Source: Trueperaceae bacterium
Lineage (GTDB): Bacteria > Deinococcota > Deinococci > Deinococcales > Trueperaceae
Assembly (NCBI GenBank): GCA_034521815.1
Contig: JAXHLW010000013.1
Coordinates: 960,001 to 1,024,000 of the forward strand
Direction: 5' to 3'
DNA: 64,000 nt
Part shown: positions 10,471 to 21,357 of the stretch, in pieces
How the letters are laid out: each line of letters opens with the position of its first letter
Position numbering within the stretch: the stretch's first letter is position 1
Translations under genes and position numbers: made by a program
The notes under the pieces: model-generated
Told to the model about the DNA's origin: nothing
Seen by the model: the letters and a program-made list of their open reading frames with translations, nothing else
Database searches by the model: none

Positions 10471-11799
10471 TCAGTCGAACGCCGCCGCCGCCGGGACGCG
10501 CGCCGGCGTGTTGCACGGCATCCCCTCCTCGAACAGGGCACGCTCGTCCTCCGGCAGGCGTGCGCGCGCGAGGTCGCGAATGCCGTTCACGCCGATGAAG
10601 AACTCGCGCATCATCACGACCAGCAGGTAGCGCCCCGTCTCGGTCAGCTCCAGCGCCTCCGCGTCGTCGCGCGAGAACGCGCCGGCGGCCTTCAGGAACA
10701 GGTACTCCGCCCACAGCGCACGCTCGACCGGGGCGCCGTTGCGCTTGGCGAACGCGCTCTTGTCCAGTCGGAGCCCGAACAGGTCCATCATCAGCCGGTA
10801 GCGCCGCCGATCGGCGCGACTCAGCGGCATGTGGGCGTCCACGCTGAGACGGCCCTCGTCGATCGCGCCGGCGTAGGCCCGCAGGCTGAACGGGTTCGCG
10901 TACAGCTCGTCGTTCAGGTAGCTGAACGAGCCGCTGCCCACGCCGACGTACTCGTCGTGGTCCACGATGTACTCGTCGATCATCGTCGACGCCTCGCGCG
11001 AGAACGCCCAGGCCGACGTCGGCTTGAACGTGTCCGACAAGGCCTCCGACAACAGCCGGTACTGGCGCTCCTCCTGTTGGTAGTCGACCGTGCCCAGCGC
11101 TCGCTCGAGCGGCTTCTCGACCGACGGCGACACCATCAGCGGGTAGTACGTCACCTGATCCGCGCCGGTCGCCTTGAGCGACTCGATGTCGCGCTTCAGG
11201 ACGTCGTCGGTCAGCGAGGGAAGGTTGAAGATCATGTCGACGTTGAGCGTGGTGAGCCGGCCCGCGGCCAGCTCGACCCCGGCCAGGATCTCCTCCGCCG
11301 TTCCGTACGCGTCCCGGCGCTTCATCTGACGCAGCAGCTCGTCGTCCAGGCTCTGCACCCCGACCGAGAGCCGGTCCACGCGTCCGTCGAGCACGTCGAG
11401 AACCTCGTGGGTCAGGTGGTTCGGGTTCGTCTCGGTCGACACCTCGCCCACGCCGAACAGCTCGCGGGCCAGGTCGATCGTCGCGACGAGCTCCTCCGGG
11501 ATCACGGTCGGCGTGCCGCCCCCGATGTACATCGAGGAGAAGTCGTAGCCCAGGTCGGCCACCATCCGCATCTCCTCACGAAGCGCGTGGAAGTAGCGGG
11601 TCGCCGCGTCCTGCTGGAACGGAAAGCGGTTGAACGAGCAGTACGGGCAGAGCCGATGGCAGAACGGGACGTGCGCGTACAGCAGATAGCCACCGCGATG
11701 GGTCGGCTTCGGGAGATCGCCCGGCTTGTGGGGCTCCAAGCGAAGCTGCTGCGACCGTAGGCCACGAAGGCGGCGGGTGAGGAGTCGCTCCGCGATCAT
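10471..11799 (-). CDS. HemN-like class C radical SAM enzyme, probable menaquinone methyltransferase (MenK-like)
   Basis: HVPFCHRLCPYCSFNRFPF, GGGTPT, ETNPNHL, QVTYYPLM, MMREFFIGVN; resembles MenK/MqnK as I recall them. Confidence 0.75.
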   Translation of the reverse strand: MIAERLLTRRLRGLRSQQLRLEPHKPGDLPKPTHRGGYLLYAHVPFCHRLCPYCSFNRFPFQQDAATRYFHALREEMRMVADLGYDFSSMYIGGGTPTVIPEELVATIDLARELFGVGEVSTETNPNHLTHEVLDVLDGRVDRLSVGVQSLDDELLRQMKRRDAYGTAEEILAGVELAAGRLTTLNVDMIFNLPSLTDDVLKRDIESLKATGADQVTYYPLMVSPSVEKPLERALGTVDYQQEERQYRLLSEALSDTFKPTSAWAFSREASTMIDEYIVDHDEYVGVGSGSFSYLNDELYANPFSLRAYAGAIDEGRLSVDAHMPLSRADRRRYRLMMDLFGLRLDKSAFAKRNGAPVERALWAEYLFLKAAGAFSRDDAEALELTETGRYLLVVMMREFFIGVNGIRDLARARLPEDERALFEEGMPCNTPARVPAAAAFD

Positions 11800-11972
11800 C
11801 GAGCCGAGGTCCACGCCCGACGGCGAGCTGGCGTCCTACGTCGTTGAATGCGCATGCGACAAGGTATCGCATCGAGGCGAACCGACGGGCAGGACGAACG
11901 ACCCGGCTCCCGTCGGGAATCCGACCGACGTGCGCCGGACCCGGTGATGCACTGCGCCGTGGAGGTGCACGG

Positions 11973-12329
11973 ATGCACAAGATCGCGATCGTCGTCCTGG
12001 CCGACACCGAAACGCACGGAGACCTGGGCCGCGCCGTCAACGCCCTGGAGGTGGCCAAGGAGTTCGCCGAGGCGGGCGACGAGGTCGCCCTCGTGTTCGA
12101 CGGAGCGGGCACGAAGTGGGTGCCGGTCCTCGACGACCCGTCCCACAAGCGGCACGCGCTGTGGACGTCGGTGAAGGACCACGTGGCGGGCGCGTGCGCG
12201 TTCTGCTCCACGGCGTTCGGCGCGAAGGACGGCGTCGAGGCGGCCGGCGTCGCGCTGCTGAGCGAGTTCGAGGAGCACCCCAGCCTGCGCGGCTACGTCG
12301 AGAAGGGCTACCGGATCCTCACCTTCTGA
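11973..12329 (+). CDS. DsrE-like small protein
   Basis: GGAGG RBS; GRAVNALEVAKEF, LVFDGAG, GACAFCS. Confidence 0.7.
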   Translation: MHKIAIVVLADTETHGDLGRAVNALEVAKEFAEAGDEVALVFDGAGTKWVPVLDDPSHKRHALWTSVKDHVAGACAFCSTAFGAKDGVEAAGVALLSEFEEHPSLRGYVEKGYRILTF

Positions 12330-12413
12330 CCGTCAGAACGTGCAGGCCCCGTGCGTCTGCGACGCGCTCTTGGGCGCGAGGAGACGCCAGAAGGCACGAG
12401 GAGGCACGACCCG

Positions 12414-13190
12414 ATGCATCTATTCCAAACCGCGATGGGGGTGCACGTCCCCGACGTCGGGGCAGATCGCATGCGCGATCTCGACCGGGTGGCCGTGGAC
12501 GAGTTCGGCATCGATCTGCTGCAGATGATGGAGAACGCCGGCCGCGCCCTCGCCGCGACGGTGCGCGGCATGCTGCACACGGGCGGCGGCGTCACCGTGC
12601 TGGCCGGCAGCGGCGGCAACGGCGGGGGCGGGCTAGCAGCGGCACGCCACCTGCACGGTCGGGAGGCCCAGGTGCGCGTGGTCCTCGCGCGGCCCGAGGA
12701 CCGCCTCTCCGCGGCGACGGCGCACCAGCTCCGCACCCTGCGTGCGATCGGCGTTCCCATCGAGGGACCGACGCACGCGGACCGCTGGATCGGCGAGGCC
12801 GAGGTCGCGATCGACGCCCTCCTGGGCTACGGCGCGACGGGGCCCGCCGAAGGGACCATCGCCGACCTGATCCGCACGCTGAACCGGCGTGCACGCCGGA
12901 TCGTGTCGCTCGATCTCCCCTCGGGGCTCCACGCCACGCACGGCACCGTCGGCGGCCCGATCGTCCGGCCCGTCCGAACCCTCACGCTGGCGCTCCCCAA
13001 GACCGGCCTGGCCGACCCGGCGGCCGACCTCGCCGAGCTGTGGCTGGCCGACATCGGCATTCCGCCCGAGGCGTTCCACCGCGTCGGGCTGACGTCGTAC
13101 CGGACGCCGTTCCGAACGGAGGACCGGGTTCCGCTTCGCTGCACCGGCACCTGGTCGACGCGCTGCCGGGACGTCGTGTTCCCTGGCTGA
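12414..13190 (+). CDS. nnrE: NAD(P)H-hydrate epimerase-like protein (stand-alone YjeF N-domain)
   Basis: MMENAG, GSGGNGGGG, IDALLGYG, SLDLPSG, LADIGIP. Confidence 0.85.
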   Translation: MHLFQTAMGVHVPDVGADRMRDLDRVAVDEFGIDLLQMMENAGRALAATVRGMLHTGGGVTVLAGSGGNGGGGLAAARHLHGREAQVRVVLARPEDRLSAATAHQLRTLRAIGVPIEGPTHADRWIGEAEVAIDALLGYGATGPAEGTIADLIRTLNRRARRIVSLDLPSGLHATHGTVGGPIVRPVRTLTLALPKTGLADPAADLAELWLADIGIPPEAFHRVGLTSYRTPFRTEDRVPLRCTGTWSTRCRDVVFPG

Positions 13191-13253
13191 GACGTCCGAT
13201 GGCGCGCCGCGAGGACGCCCGGATCGACGACGCCCGGATCGGAGCGTCGCCGA

Positions 13254-14030
13254 TCAGGGAAGCTCGTCGCGCCAGGCGGCCGCGTCCGAGGTCGTGGCGA
13301 TCCCCAGCAAGCCCTGATCGTGCCGACCGTGCTCGGTGATCAGGACCGCCTCGAGCCGGGGGGCGTCGACGAACGCCTCGACGACCTCCAGCGCAGGGAC
13401 GTCCCGCGCGACGAAGATCCAGTCACGCCGGTCCTTCTGGACGGCCAGAACGTCGGCGACGGTCCGTCCTGCGATCGCGCCCAGCGGCCCGTCGGACGGA
13501 TCGCGAGGCGGCTCCGAGGGCGCATCGAACGTCGCCGCGAGCCAGCGGACGATCCCGGCCGCCGTGAGCAGCCCCTCGAACGCGCCGGCGTCGTACACGG
13601 GAAACTGGGTGATCGAGCGGTCGCGGATCGTCGCCAGCACGTCGGCCAGACGGTCGCTCACGTCCACGGCGACCACGTCGCGCCGAAACGCCTCGTCGGC
13701 ACGGACCGGCGTGACGAGGCGATCGTGGATCGCGCGGATCTCGTTCAGAACGTCCTGACTTGGAATCGACAGGTACGCGAAGCGCTCGTAGCGGTCGTGC
13801 ACGATCACGTTGCGCAGGTCGGAGAACGCCAGCATCGCTTCGAGGTCGCCGCGCCACCAGCGGTGCCGGTCCGCGAAGCGGTGCGCCGCGGTCTTGAACC
13901 CTTCGTGGTCGGCTACGCCGGTGCGCCGCTTCAGCTCGCGCTCGATCCGGTTGAACGCGGTCAGGAACTCCTCGGCCTCGTGCGTGCCGGGGGGCGGACC
14001 TTCAGGGCGATCGTCAGCTGGAGCGGTCAT
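13254..14030 (-). CDS. CBS-domain protein
   Basis: FLTAFNRIE, LRNVIVH, ITQFPVYD, VLITEHG...LLGIAT. Confidence 0.75.
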   Translation of the reverse strand: MTAPADDRPEGPPPGTHEAEEFLTAFNRIERELKRRTGVADHEGFKTAAHRFADRHRWWRGDLEAMLAFSDLRNVIVHDRYERFAYLSIPSQDVLNEIRAIHDRLVTPVRADEAFRRDVVAVDVSDRLADVLATIRDRSITQFPVYDAGAFEGLLTAAGIVRWLAATFDAPSEPPRDPSDGPLGAIAGRTVADVLAVQKDRRDWIFVARDVPALEVVEAFVDAPRLEAVLITEHGRHDQGLLGIATTSDAAAWRDELP

Positions 14031-14552
14031 GGCCGACTGTACCCAGCGCCCCTGCCGCCACGCCCTGCCCCCCGTGCGGCACGACCGCACCGACGTCCGC
14101 GAGGGGGACGGTCTCCTCCGCCAGGAAGCGCCTGAGGAACACGCGCGTGGCGCCCACCGCGGTCGCCTCGGCCGCGACGACGTGGGCCCGGCGCACGATC
14201 AGCGCGTTGTCCAGCAGGGTGGGAAGGCGACGCCGGACGTTCGTCTCGAGCCGGTCCAGCAGCGCGGCGGGGGCGCCGGCGAGGCCCCCGCCGATCACCA
14301 GCAGCTCCGGCTGCAGCAGGTGGACGAACGCGGCGACCTGGTCGCCGAGCACCCCAGCATCCGTGTGATCACGCGTTCTGCCGGCTGCTCGCCCTGGGCG
14401 GCGCGGAGGAGGATCTCGTCGAGCCGCCGCCGCACCTGCGCCGGGGTTCGCGGGGAAGGCGGGCGCTGGGAGGAGGGTCCCCGCACGGACTCCGGCCCCG
14501 GCGTGCCCGCGGCTTCGCGTTCGTAGCTGGCGACGAGTCCGTGCATGCGGAG
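14014..14552 (-). pseudogene. 3' fragment of the ROK regulator, truncated by the duplication junction
   Basis: Matches 25505-26044; the 5' part is absent. Confidence 0.85.
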
Positions 14553-14727
14553 GAAGTGAACGGCTCCGCGAAAGCGCGTCGTACGCGCGTGGATCGTCTC
14601 AGTCGGGGACGTTGGCGCCGCTGCCTACCGAAATCTAGGTAGCGTCCGGCCTACACCGCCGCGGTGTCCGAGTCGCAGGCGCCGTCATCGACCGTATCGG
14701 CTTGCCGCGTCGCTGGCCATCAAGGAG

Positions 14728-15861
14728 ATGGTCCGCAACGTAGCGCGCTTCGCCTCGATCAGCGCCGTGATCGCGTTGATCACCGTCCTGATCCTGTTCC
14801 TCTCCGGCTTGGGCGAGGGTCTGGGGCTGGGCAACCGGCAGTACGTCGGCGGCATCGACGGCGACCTGCTCGTCTACCAGACCACGGCCGACCTCCAGAT
14901 CGCCGCGAGCCAGCTGGACCGCTCGGTCGTCGCGTCGGTGCGGCGCGTGGACGGCGTCGCCGAGGTGGGCGCCATCGCCTTCGCATCGACCGTGATCGAG
15001 GGCGCAGGCGGCGAGGACGAGCCAGGGCTTGCGCGTGTCGCTGATCGGCGTGGAGCCGGGTCGCCGGGCGCGCCCCCTGTGCTGGAGGGACCCGGCTTCG
15101 CCTCGTCCAGCGGCAACGAGGTGGTGCTCGGTCGGCAGGCGGCGCTGCGCAGCGGCGCGACCGTCGGCGACGTGATCACCGTGCGATCGACGCAGGGTGC
15201 GGTGGACGAGCGGTACGACCTCCGCGTCGTCGGCGTCACGTCCGGCCAGCAGTACCAGATCGCGCCGTCGATCCTGGTCCCGTTGATCGCGTTCGACCGC
15301 GTCAAGCCGAAGTCGGACGCCTCGGTGGACCCGTCGCGCCTCCCGTTCAACCTCGTCGCGGTACGCACGGTCGCAGGCGCGACGCCCGAGACGGTCGCCG
15401 CCCGGATCGAGCAGGAGGTCCGATCGGTACGGGCGGTGGACCTGGTCACCGCGTACGAGAACATTCCCGGCTACGCGGCCCAACAGAGCACGGTCGACAC
15501 CCAGACGGGCTTCACGCTGGTCATCGGGATCCTCGTGGTCGGCGGGTTCTTTCAGATTCAGACGCTGCAGAAGCTGGGCCAGATCGGGATGCTGAAGGCG
15601 ATCGGAGCGTCCAACCTGATGGTCGCCACGGCGACGGTGCTCCAGATCGTGTTCACGAACCTCGTGGGCGTGAGCCTGGGAGCGCTGGGCACGTTCGCGC
15701 TGGCGGCCACGTTCCCCTCGACCGTCCCGATCGTGTTCCAACCCGGCAACGTCGCCGTCGCGGTCGGCGGACTCCTGGTGATCGGGCCGTTCGGAGGCCT
15801 CGTCGCCTTGCGGTCCGCCCTGCGCGTCGAGCCGCTGACCGCCTTGGGGCTCGGCACGTGA
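14728..15861 (+). CDS. ABC permease FtsX/MacB family, copy 2 (start region garbled)
   Basis: Near-identical to 1828-3000. Confidence 0.85.
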   Translation: MVRNVARFASISAVIALITVLILFLSGLGEGLGLGNRQYVGGIDGDLLVYQTTADLQIAASQLDRSVVASVRRVDGVAEVGAIAFASTVIEGAGGEDEPGLARVADRRGAGSPGAPPVLEGPGFASSSGNEVVLGRQAALRSGATVGDVITVRSTQGAVDERYDLRVVGVTSGQQYQIAPSILVPLIAFDRVKPKSDASVDPSRLPFNLVAVRTVAGATPETVAARIEQEVRSVRAVDLVTAYENIPGYAAQQSTVDTQTGFTLVIGILVVGGFFQIQTLQKLGQIGMLKAIGASNLMVATATVLQIVFTNLVGVSLGALGTFALAATFPSTVPIVFQPGNVAVAVGGLLVIGPFGGLVALRSALRVEPLTALGLGT

Positions 15862-16655
15862 CCGTGGCGCGCAAGGCCTACGGTCGGTCGTCTGCGGGCG
15901 CCAAGTCCACGGCCGGACCGCCCGCGGTCGCAAGCGGGCCCGCGCTGATCGCGGAGGGACTGAGCAAGACCTACCCGCTGGGCGATCAGCTGATCCGCGC
16001 CGTCGACGACGTCTCGTTCGAGGTGCAGCCCGGCGAGTTCGTGGCGCTGGTCGGACCGTCCGGCTCCGGGAAGACGAGCCTCCTGGCCATGCTGGCCGGC
16101 CTTCTTCGGCCCACGGAGGGTCGGGTCCGCATCGCCGACCAGGAGATCGCCGAGCTGTCCGACCGTCAGCTCACGCGCTTCCGCAGGCGCAACATCGGCT
16201 TCACCTTTCAGGCGAACAATCTCCTGCCCTACCTCACGGTGCTCGAGAACGTCACGCTGATGCTGTCCCTGAACGGTCGTGCGAATCCGGGAAGCGTGGC
16301 ATGGGCGAAGGACCTCTTGGAGCAGCTGGGGCTGGCGGACCGCCTCCGCAGCCTGCCGTCCCAGCTTTCGGGGGGCCAGAAGCAGCGCGTGTCGATCGCG
16401 CGGGCCCTGATCCACCGTCCCGCCGTGGCGCTGGCCGACGAGCCGACGGCCAGCCTGGACACCGAGCGCGCGCACCAGGTGGTCGAAACGTTCGCGTCGC
16501 TGATTCATGACGACCGGCGGGCGGGGATCATGGTGACGCACGACCTCAGGATGTGCCGTCACGTCGACCGGGTCGTTCAGATGCGCGACGGCGTGCTCGA
16601 GCGCATCGTCGACGACCCTGAAGACATCCGTGCGCTTTCCGAGGGCGGCCCGTGA
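15858..16655 (+). CDS. ABC ATP-binding protein, copy 2
   Basis: Near-identical to 2997-3794. Confidence 0.93.
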   Translation: MTVARKAYGRSSAGAKSTAGPPAVASGPALIAEGLSKTYPLGDQLIRAVDDVSFEVQPGEFVALVGPSGSGKTSLLAMLAGLLRPTEGRVRIADQEIAELSDRQLTRFRRRNIGFTFQANNLLPYLTVLENVTLMLSLNGRANPGSVAWAKDLLEQLGLADRLRSLPSQLSGGQKQRVSIARALIHRPAVALADEPTASLDTERAHQVVETFASLIHDDRRAGIMVTHDLRMCRHVDRVVQMRDGVLERIVDDPEDIRALSEGGP

Positions 16656-16731
16656 CGCCCTACCTTCGGGACCTCGCCGCGCGGCGGACGATCCCCACTC
16701 GACCACGGTCGCTGTGCGACCAGGAGGCATC

Positions 16732-17928
16732 GTGCGTCTGATCCGACCGCTTCTGCTGATTCTCCTCGGAGCGGGCGCCGTGGTGGGCGCCGCCTTCGTC
16801 CTTCGCGCCCAAGGGGTCCTGACGTTCGGAACGCCGGACGACACGATCGTCCAGGACTCACGAACGCCAGGCATCGACGACCGACCTGCGAACCCGCCTA
16901 GCGGCGCAGCGGACGCGTCTCCCACGACGTCGGAATCCGCCTCCCCGAGCGACGAGTCGGCTGAGCCGCAACCCGTCGCGGGCGTGCCGTCCTCCGCCGA
17001 AGCGGAGGTGCGTCCGCTTCGCAGCTCCGACCTGGCGTTCTCGGGGAACGGGCGTCCTGGTCGAGCGGTTCGTAGCTGAAGGCGACGACGTCGTGGCCGG
17101 CGATCCCCTGCTGCGGCTCGACGACGAGCGGGAGCGTGCGCGCCTCCGCGAAGCCGACGCCGCCTTGGCTGCGGCCGCCGCTCGCCTGCAGGCGGCCCAA
17201 GCCGGCGAGCGAGCGGCCGAGCGTCAGATCGCTGTCGCCGACGCCGCCGTTCGCGTGGCCGAGGCTCAACGTGACGCGGCCCAGGCCGCGCTGCGGCTGA
17301 CGGCGACGCAGGCCGAAGCGACCGTCGCCGAAGCGGAAGCGCGCATGCGCCAGGCGGAGGCGGGTGTCGTGCAGGCCGAGGCGAACCGCGAGGCCGCACG
17401 CGCGGCCCTGGCGCAGGCCGCGGCGAACACGTCGCTGGCCGCGGCGCAGCGCGATCAGGCCGAGGCGGTCCAGGCAACGGCGTCCCTGGCCGTCCGCGAG
17501 AGGACGCTCACCGCTCCGTTCGACGGCCGGGTGGTCTCGATCGGCGCCGAGGTCGGCGAGACGCTGGGCGGTCCCGGAGGAAGCCCACCGGGCGGACCGG
17601 AGCAGGAGAGCTCGGGTGCCGGCACCGCGGTACGGCTGGCCGACCTGAGCGGCTGGCGCGTCGAGACGACGAACCTCGACCGAGCTCCAGGTGGTCGGCG
17701 TGCAGTCCCGGCGACGAGGTCACGGTCGAGATCGACGCCCTACCGGGGTTGAGTATCGACGGCGTCGTCGAGCGCATCGGCTACCGGGCGGAGCCCGTGC
17801 GTGGAGAGGTGACCTACCTGACGACGGTCCGGTTGCTCGACGCGTCGCTCACGGATGCAGCGCGCGCGGCGCTTCGCCCCGGCATGACCGCCGTGGTGCG
17901 CGGGCTGGTGCGCGGGCTGGTGCGCTGA
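16732..17928 (+). CDS. HlyD/periplasmic adaptor, copy 2, frameshifted
   Basis: Collinear with 3871-5064; frameshifts fall at different positions. Confidence 0.8.
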
Positions 17929-18035
17929 CCATCCCCTGAAATGGTCGATGCGGCGTTCCTCCCTATCAGGAGCGCCGGCCGCGGCACCGGGCGGGTCCGA
18001 TCGTCCCGAGCCTGACCGGTTATCGTAGATCGTAG

Positions 18036-18431
18036 ATGAACGATGAACGCTCTCTCACGACATCCGCTACGACCCATCGTGCCCCTGCGCGTGGGCTCGC
18101 AACCTCGGGACGGACGGCCACGGCGGAGGAGGCGCGCCTCGCCAGCCTAGCCAAGGCACTCGGTCACCCCGCCCGGGTGCGCATCCTTCGCCTCCTCCTC
18201 GCAACCGACACGTGCATGTGCGGTGCCATCTGCGACGTCGTCTCACTCGCGCAGTCGACCGTGTCGCAGCACCTGAAGGTGCTGAAGCAGGCGGGTCTCA
18301 TCGCGGGTGAGATCGACGGCCCCCGGGTGTGCTACTCACCCAACCGAGCCGCTCTGGCCGAACTGACGGCGCTGCTCTACCACCTCGAACCCGACGCCAC
18401 CCCTGCCCGCAAGGAGCCCACCGATGCCTGA
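18036..18431 (+). CDS. arsR: ArsR repressor, copy 2
   Basis: One amino-acid difference from copy 1. Confidence 0.9.
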   Translation: MNDERSLTTSATTHRAPARGLATSGRTATAEEARLASLAKALGHPARVRILRLLLATDTCMCGAICDVVSLAQSTVSQHLKVLKQAGLIAGEIDGPRVCYSPNRAALAELTALLYHLEPDATPARKEPTDA

Positions 18432-19528
18432 CACCGCCCCCAAGCGCCTCTCGTTCCTGGACCGCTACCTCACGCTGTGGATCTTCGTCGCGATGGGGCT
18501 GGGCGTCCTGATCGGGACCGTCGTCCCCGGATTCGGCCGCGCCCTCGACTCGATGAGCGTCGGCGCGACGAACATCCCCATCGCCATCGGCCTCATCCTG
18601 ATGATGTACCCGCCGCTCGCCAAGGTGCGCTACGGGAAGCTGCCGCAGGTGTTTCGCAACGTCCGCATCCTGGTCCTCTCGCTGGTGCAGAACTGGTTGA
18701 TCGGGCCGTTCCTGATGTTCTTCCTGGCGATCACGTTCCTGCGCGACTACCCGGAGTACATGATCGGCCTCATCCTGATCGGCCTCGCCCGTTGCATCGC
18801 CATGGTGCTGGTGTGGAACCAGCTCGCCGAAGGCGACAACGACTACGCCGCCGGCCTCGTCGCCTTCAACAGCGTCTTCCAGGTGATCTTCTTCAGCGTC
18901 TACGCCTACGTGTTCATCACCGTGCTGCCGCCGCTGTTCGGGCTGCAGGGGAGCATCGTCGAGATCACGATCGGCGAGATCGCGCTCGCGGTCTTCATCT
19001 ACCTGGGCGTGCCGTTCATCGCCGGGATCCTCAGCCGCGTGCTGCTGATCCCCGCCAAGGGCCAGGACTGGTACGACCGGGTCTTCGTGCCACGCATCAG
19101 CCCGATCACGCTCTCGGCGCTGCTCTTCACCATCGTGATGATGTTCGGCCTCAAGGGCGGCACGATCGTGCAGATCCCGCTCGACGTCGTGCGCATCGCG
19201 GTGCCGCTTGGTGCTCTACTTCGTCATCATGTTCACCGTCAGCTTCTTCATGGGGCGCGCGTTCGGCGCCGATTACCCACAGACCACGACGCTCGCGTTC
19301 ACCGCGTCCGGGAACAACTTCGAGCTGGCGCTCGCCGTCGCGATCTCGGTCTTCGGTCTCAGCTCAGGCGTCGCGTTCGCAGCCGTCATCGGGCCGCTGG
19401 TCGAGGTGCCCGTGCTGATCTCGCTCGTGTGGGTGGCGCTCTACTTCCGCAAGCGCTTCTTCCCGGCAGCCCACGCCGAGGCCACCGCGGCGGCCGCAGG
19501 CCAGCCGGCCGGCGGTAGCGCGCGATCG
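18424..19528 (+). CDS. acr3: ACR3 arsenite efflux transporter, copy 2 (frameshift near 19208, stop lost)
   Basis: Collinear with 5559-6662. Confidence 0.85.
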
Positions 19529-19549
19529 AGCCCGGACCGCGGAGCGCCG

Positions 19550-20293
19550 ACCTCGAGTCCGGTGCCGCCGTGCGCGACGAGCGCGCGCCTTGGCCCAGGC
19601 GATCGAGCAGAGCGAGGCGTTCCGTGCTACAAGGTGGCCGAGGCGGCGCTCGACGCAGACGCGGCGCTGGGCTCGACGCTCGCCGCGCTCCAGGCGCGAC
19701 CAAGGCTAGGCATCCAGCCTGGGCGGCGCCACCCCACGGAGGTGCGCGCCCTGCAGGGTGGCAGGACCTCGCGACGAACCCCATCCTCGTCGCGCACGCA
19801 GCGGCCCGCGAGACCTGATCGCACTGTTCGGCGAAGCGCATGGGGGTCAGCGAGGGCACGGGCATCGACTTCGGATCGGCCTGCGCGCCGGCTGGCGGGT
19901 GTTGCGGATGAGCACGTCGGGACCACGATCGACCCCAGCCGCAACGGCTCGCGGCCCCGAACGCCTTCGGAACTGGTCCAGGCCTGCGGTCGCCGCCATC
20001 GCGCGGTTCCGGGCGGCGGAGACGCTTCCGTGGCGACGAGGACGTGCGTGCCCTGCAGGCGCGCGTGCGTGCGTGCCACGAGCAACTGCAACGTGCGGAA
20101 CGCGCGAACCGCCATGACCCGACTCTTCCAGGACGCGCATGAAGCCCGGCGGCTGCAAGGGCATCCAGCGGTCGCCGAGTTCGTCGCGTCACGCCAAGAC
20201 GCGATGGATCTCGTGCGCGACGTGAACGAAGCGATGACCGAGGTGCTCGGCGTGGACCTCGGAGGAAGCGTGCGTCGTGCCTGTGCCTGCTGA
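19550..20293 (+). pseudogene. Degraded copies of the two YlbF-like genes
   Basis: Many small deletions relative to 6900-7682; probably poor consensus. Confidence 0.65.
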
Positions 20294-21055
20294 CGCGCGC
20301 AGGCGCCTCCTCGCGGTGTTCGCGCACCCGGACGATGAGACCTTCGTCGCCGGCGGCACGCTCGCCCGCTACGCCGCGACCGGCACCGAGGTAACCGTCG
20401 TGTGCGCGACGTCCGGCGAACTCGGCCGGCGCGGCGAGTACGGCGACCTTCCCCGCCCGGCGTTCGCCGACGTGCGTCGCCGCGAGCTCGAGGCCGCGTG
20501 CGCCGCGCTCGGCACGCGCCCACCAAGGTTCCTCGGTTGCACCGACAAGGGGTTGGACCACGATTGCCAGGAAGCGGCCACCGCCGAGGTGGCGGACATC
20601 ATCGAAGAGCTGCGACCCGACGTCGTCGTCACGTTCGGCCCCGACGGCGTCTCGGGGCACGCCGACCACCTGGCCATCGGCCAGATCGTGACCGCGGCCT
20701 TCTCCAAGGCGGGCAGGTCGTTGCCCGCGCCTGCTCCCGGCACGGAGCACGCCCACCCGGTCGCGCTCTACTACGTTCTGCGATCCGAGGCCGCGCCAGC
20801 ATGCTGCGCGGCTCGCGATGGCGCGCCGCCGCCGCCCCCCACCACCACGTCGATCGACGTTCGTGGCTACGGCGATCGCAAGCTCGCCGCCGTGCGCTGC
20901 CATCGCAGCCAGCACCACCTGCAACCCGCGACGCCGGAGCGTGAGGCAGCCATCCTGAGCGCTCCGGAGGCCTTCCACCGTGCGCTACCGGCGTGGACGG
21001 GAGGCTCGCTCAGACGCACCTCTTCGGGCTCACGGAGGCCGCGACGACGGATTGA
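20277..21055 (+). CDS. PIG-L deacetylase, copy 2 (frameshift near the 3' end)
   Basis: AHPDDE, GHADH. Confidence 0.85.
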
Positions 21056-21108
21056 GCCCGGCCCGCGGCCCACGAGCGCAGCGCCCGGGACCTCCGTCGG
21101 CCCGGCGC

Positions 21109-21357
21109 TTACGCCGCCGCGCTCGCCTCCTCGATCCAGCCGGCGATCTCCGCCGCAGGCGCGATCCGGCCGCTCGCCTTGAGCTGGTCGTCGATCACGA
21201 TCGCGGGCGTCGACATGATGCCGTACTGAAGGACGGCTCGAAAGTCCTCGACCTTCACGAGGTCGACCTGGACACCGGTCTGCTCCACGGCGAACACCGC
21301 CTCGAGGTAGAGCTGCTGGCAGCGTCTGCAGCCTGGGCCCAGGACCTTGATCGTCAT
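21109..21357 (-). CDS. Thioredoxin-like disulfide protein, copy 2
   Basis: IKVLGPGCRRCQQL. Confidence 0.85.
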   Translation of the reverse strand: MTIKVLGPGCRRCQQLYLEAVFAVEQTGVQVDLVKVEDFRAVLQYGIMSTPAIVIDDQLKASGRIAPAAEIAGWIEEASAAA

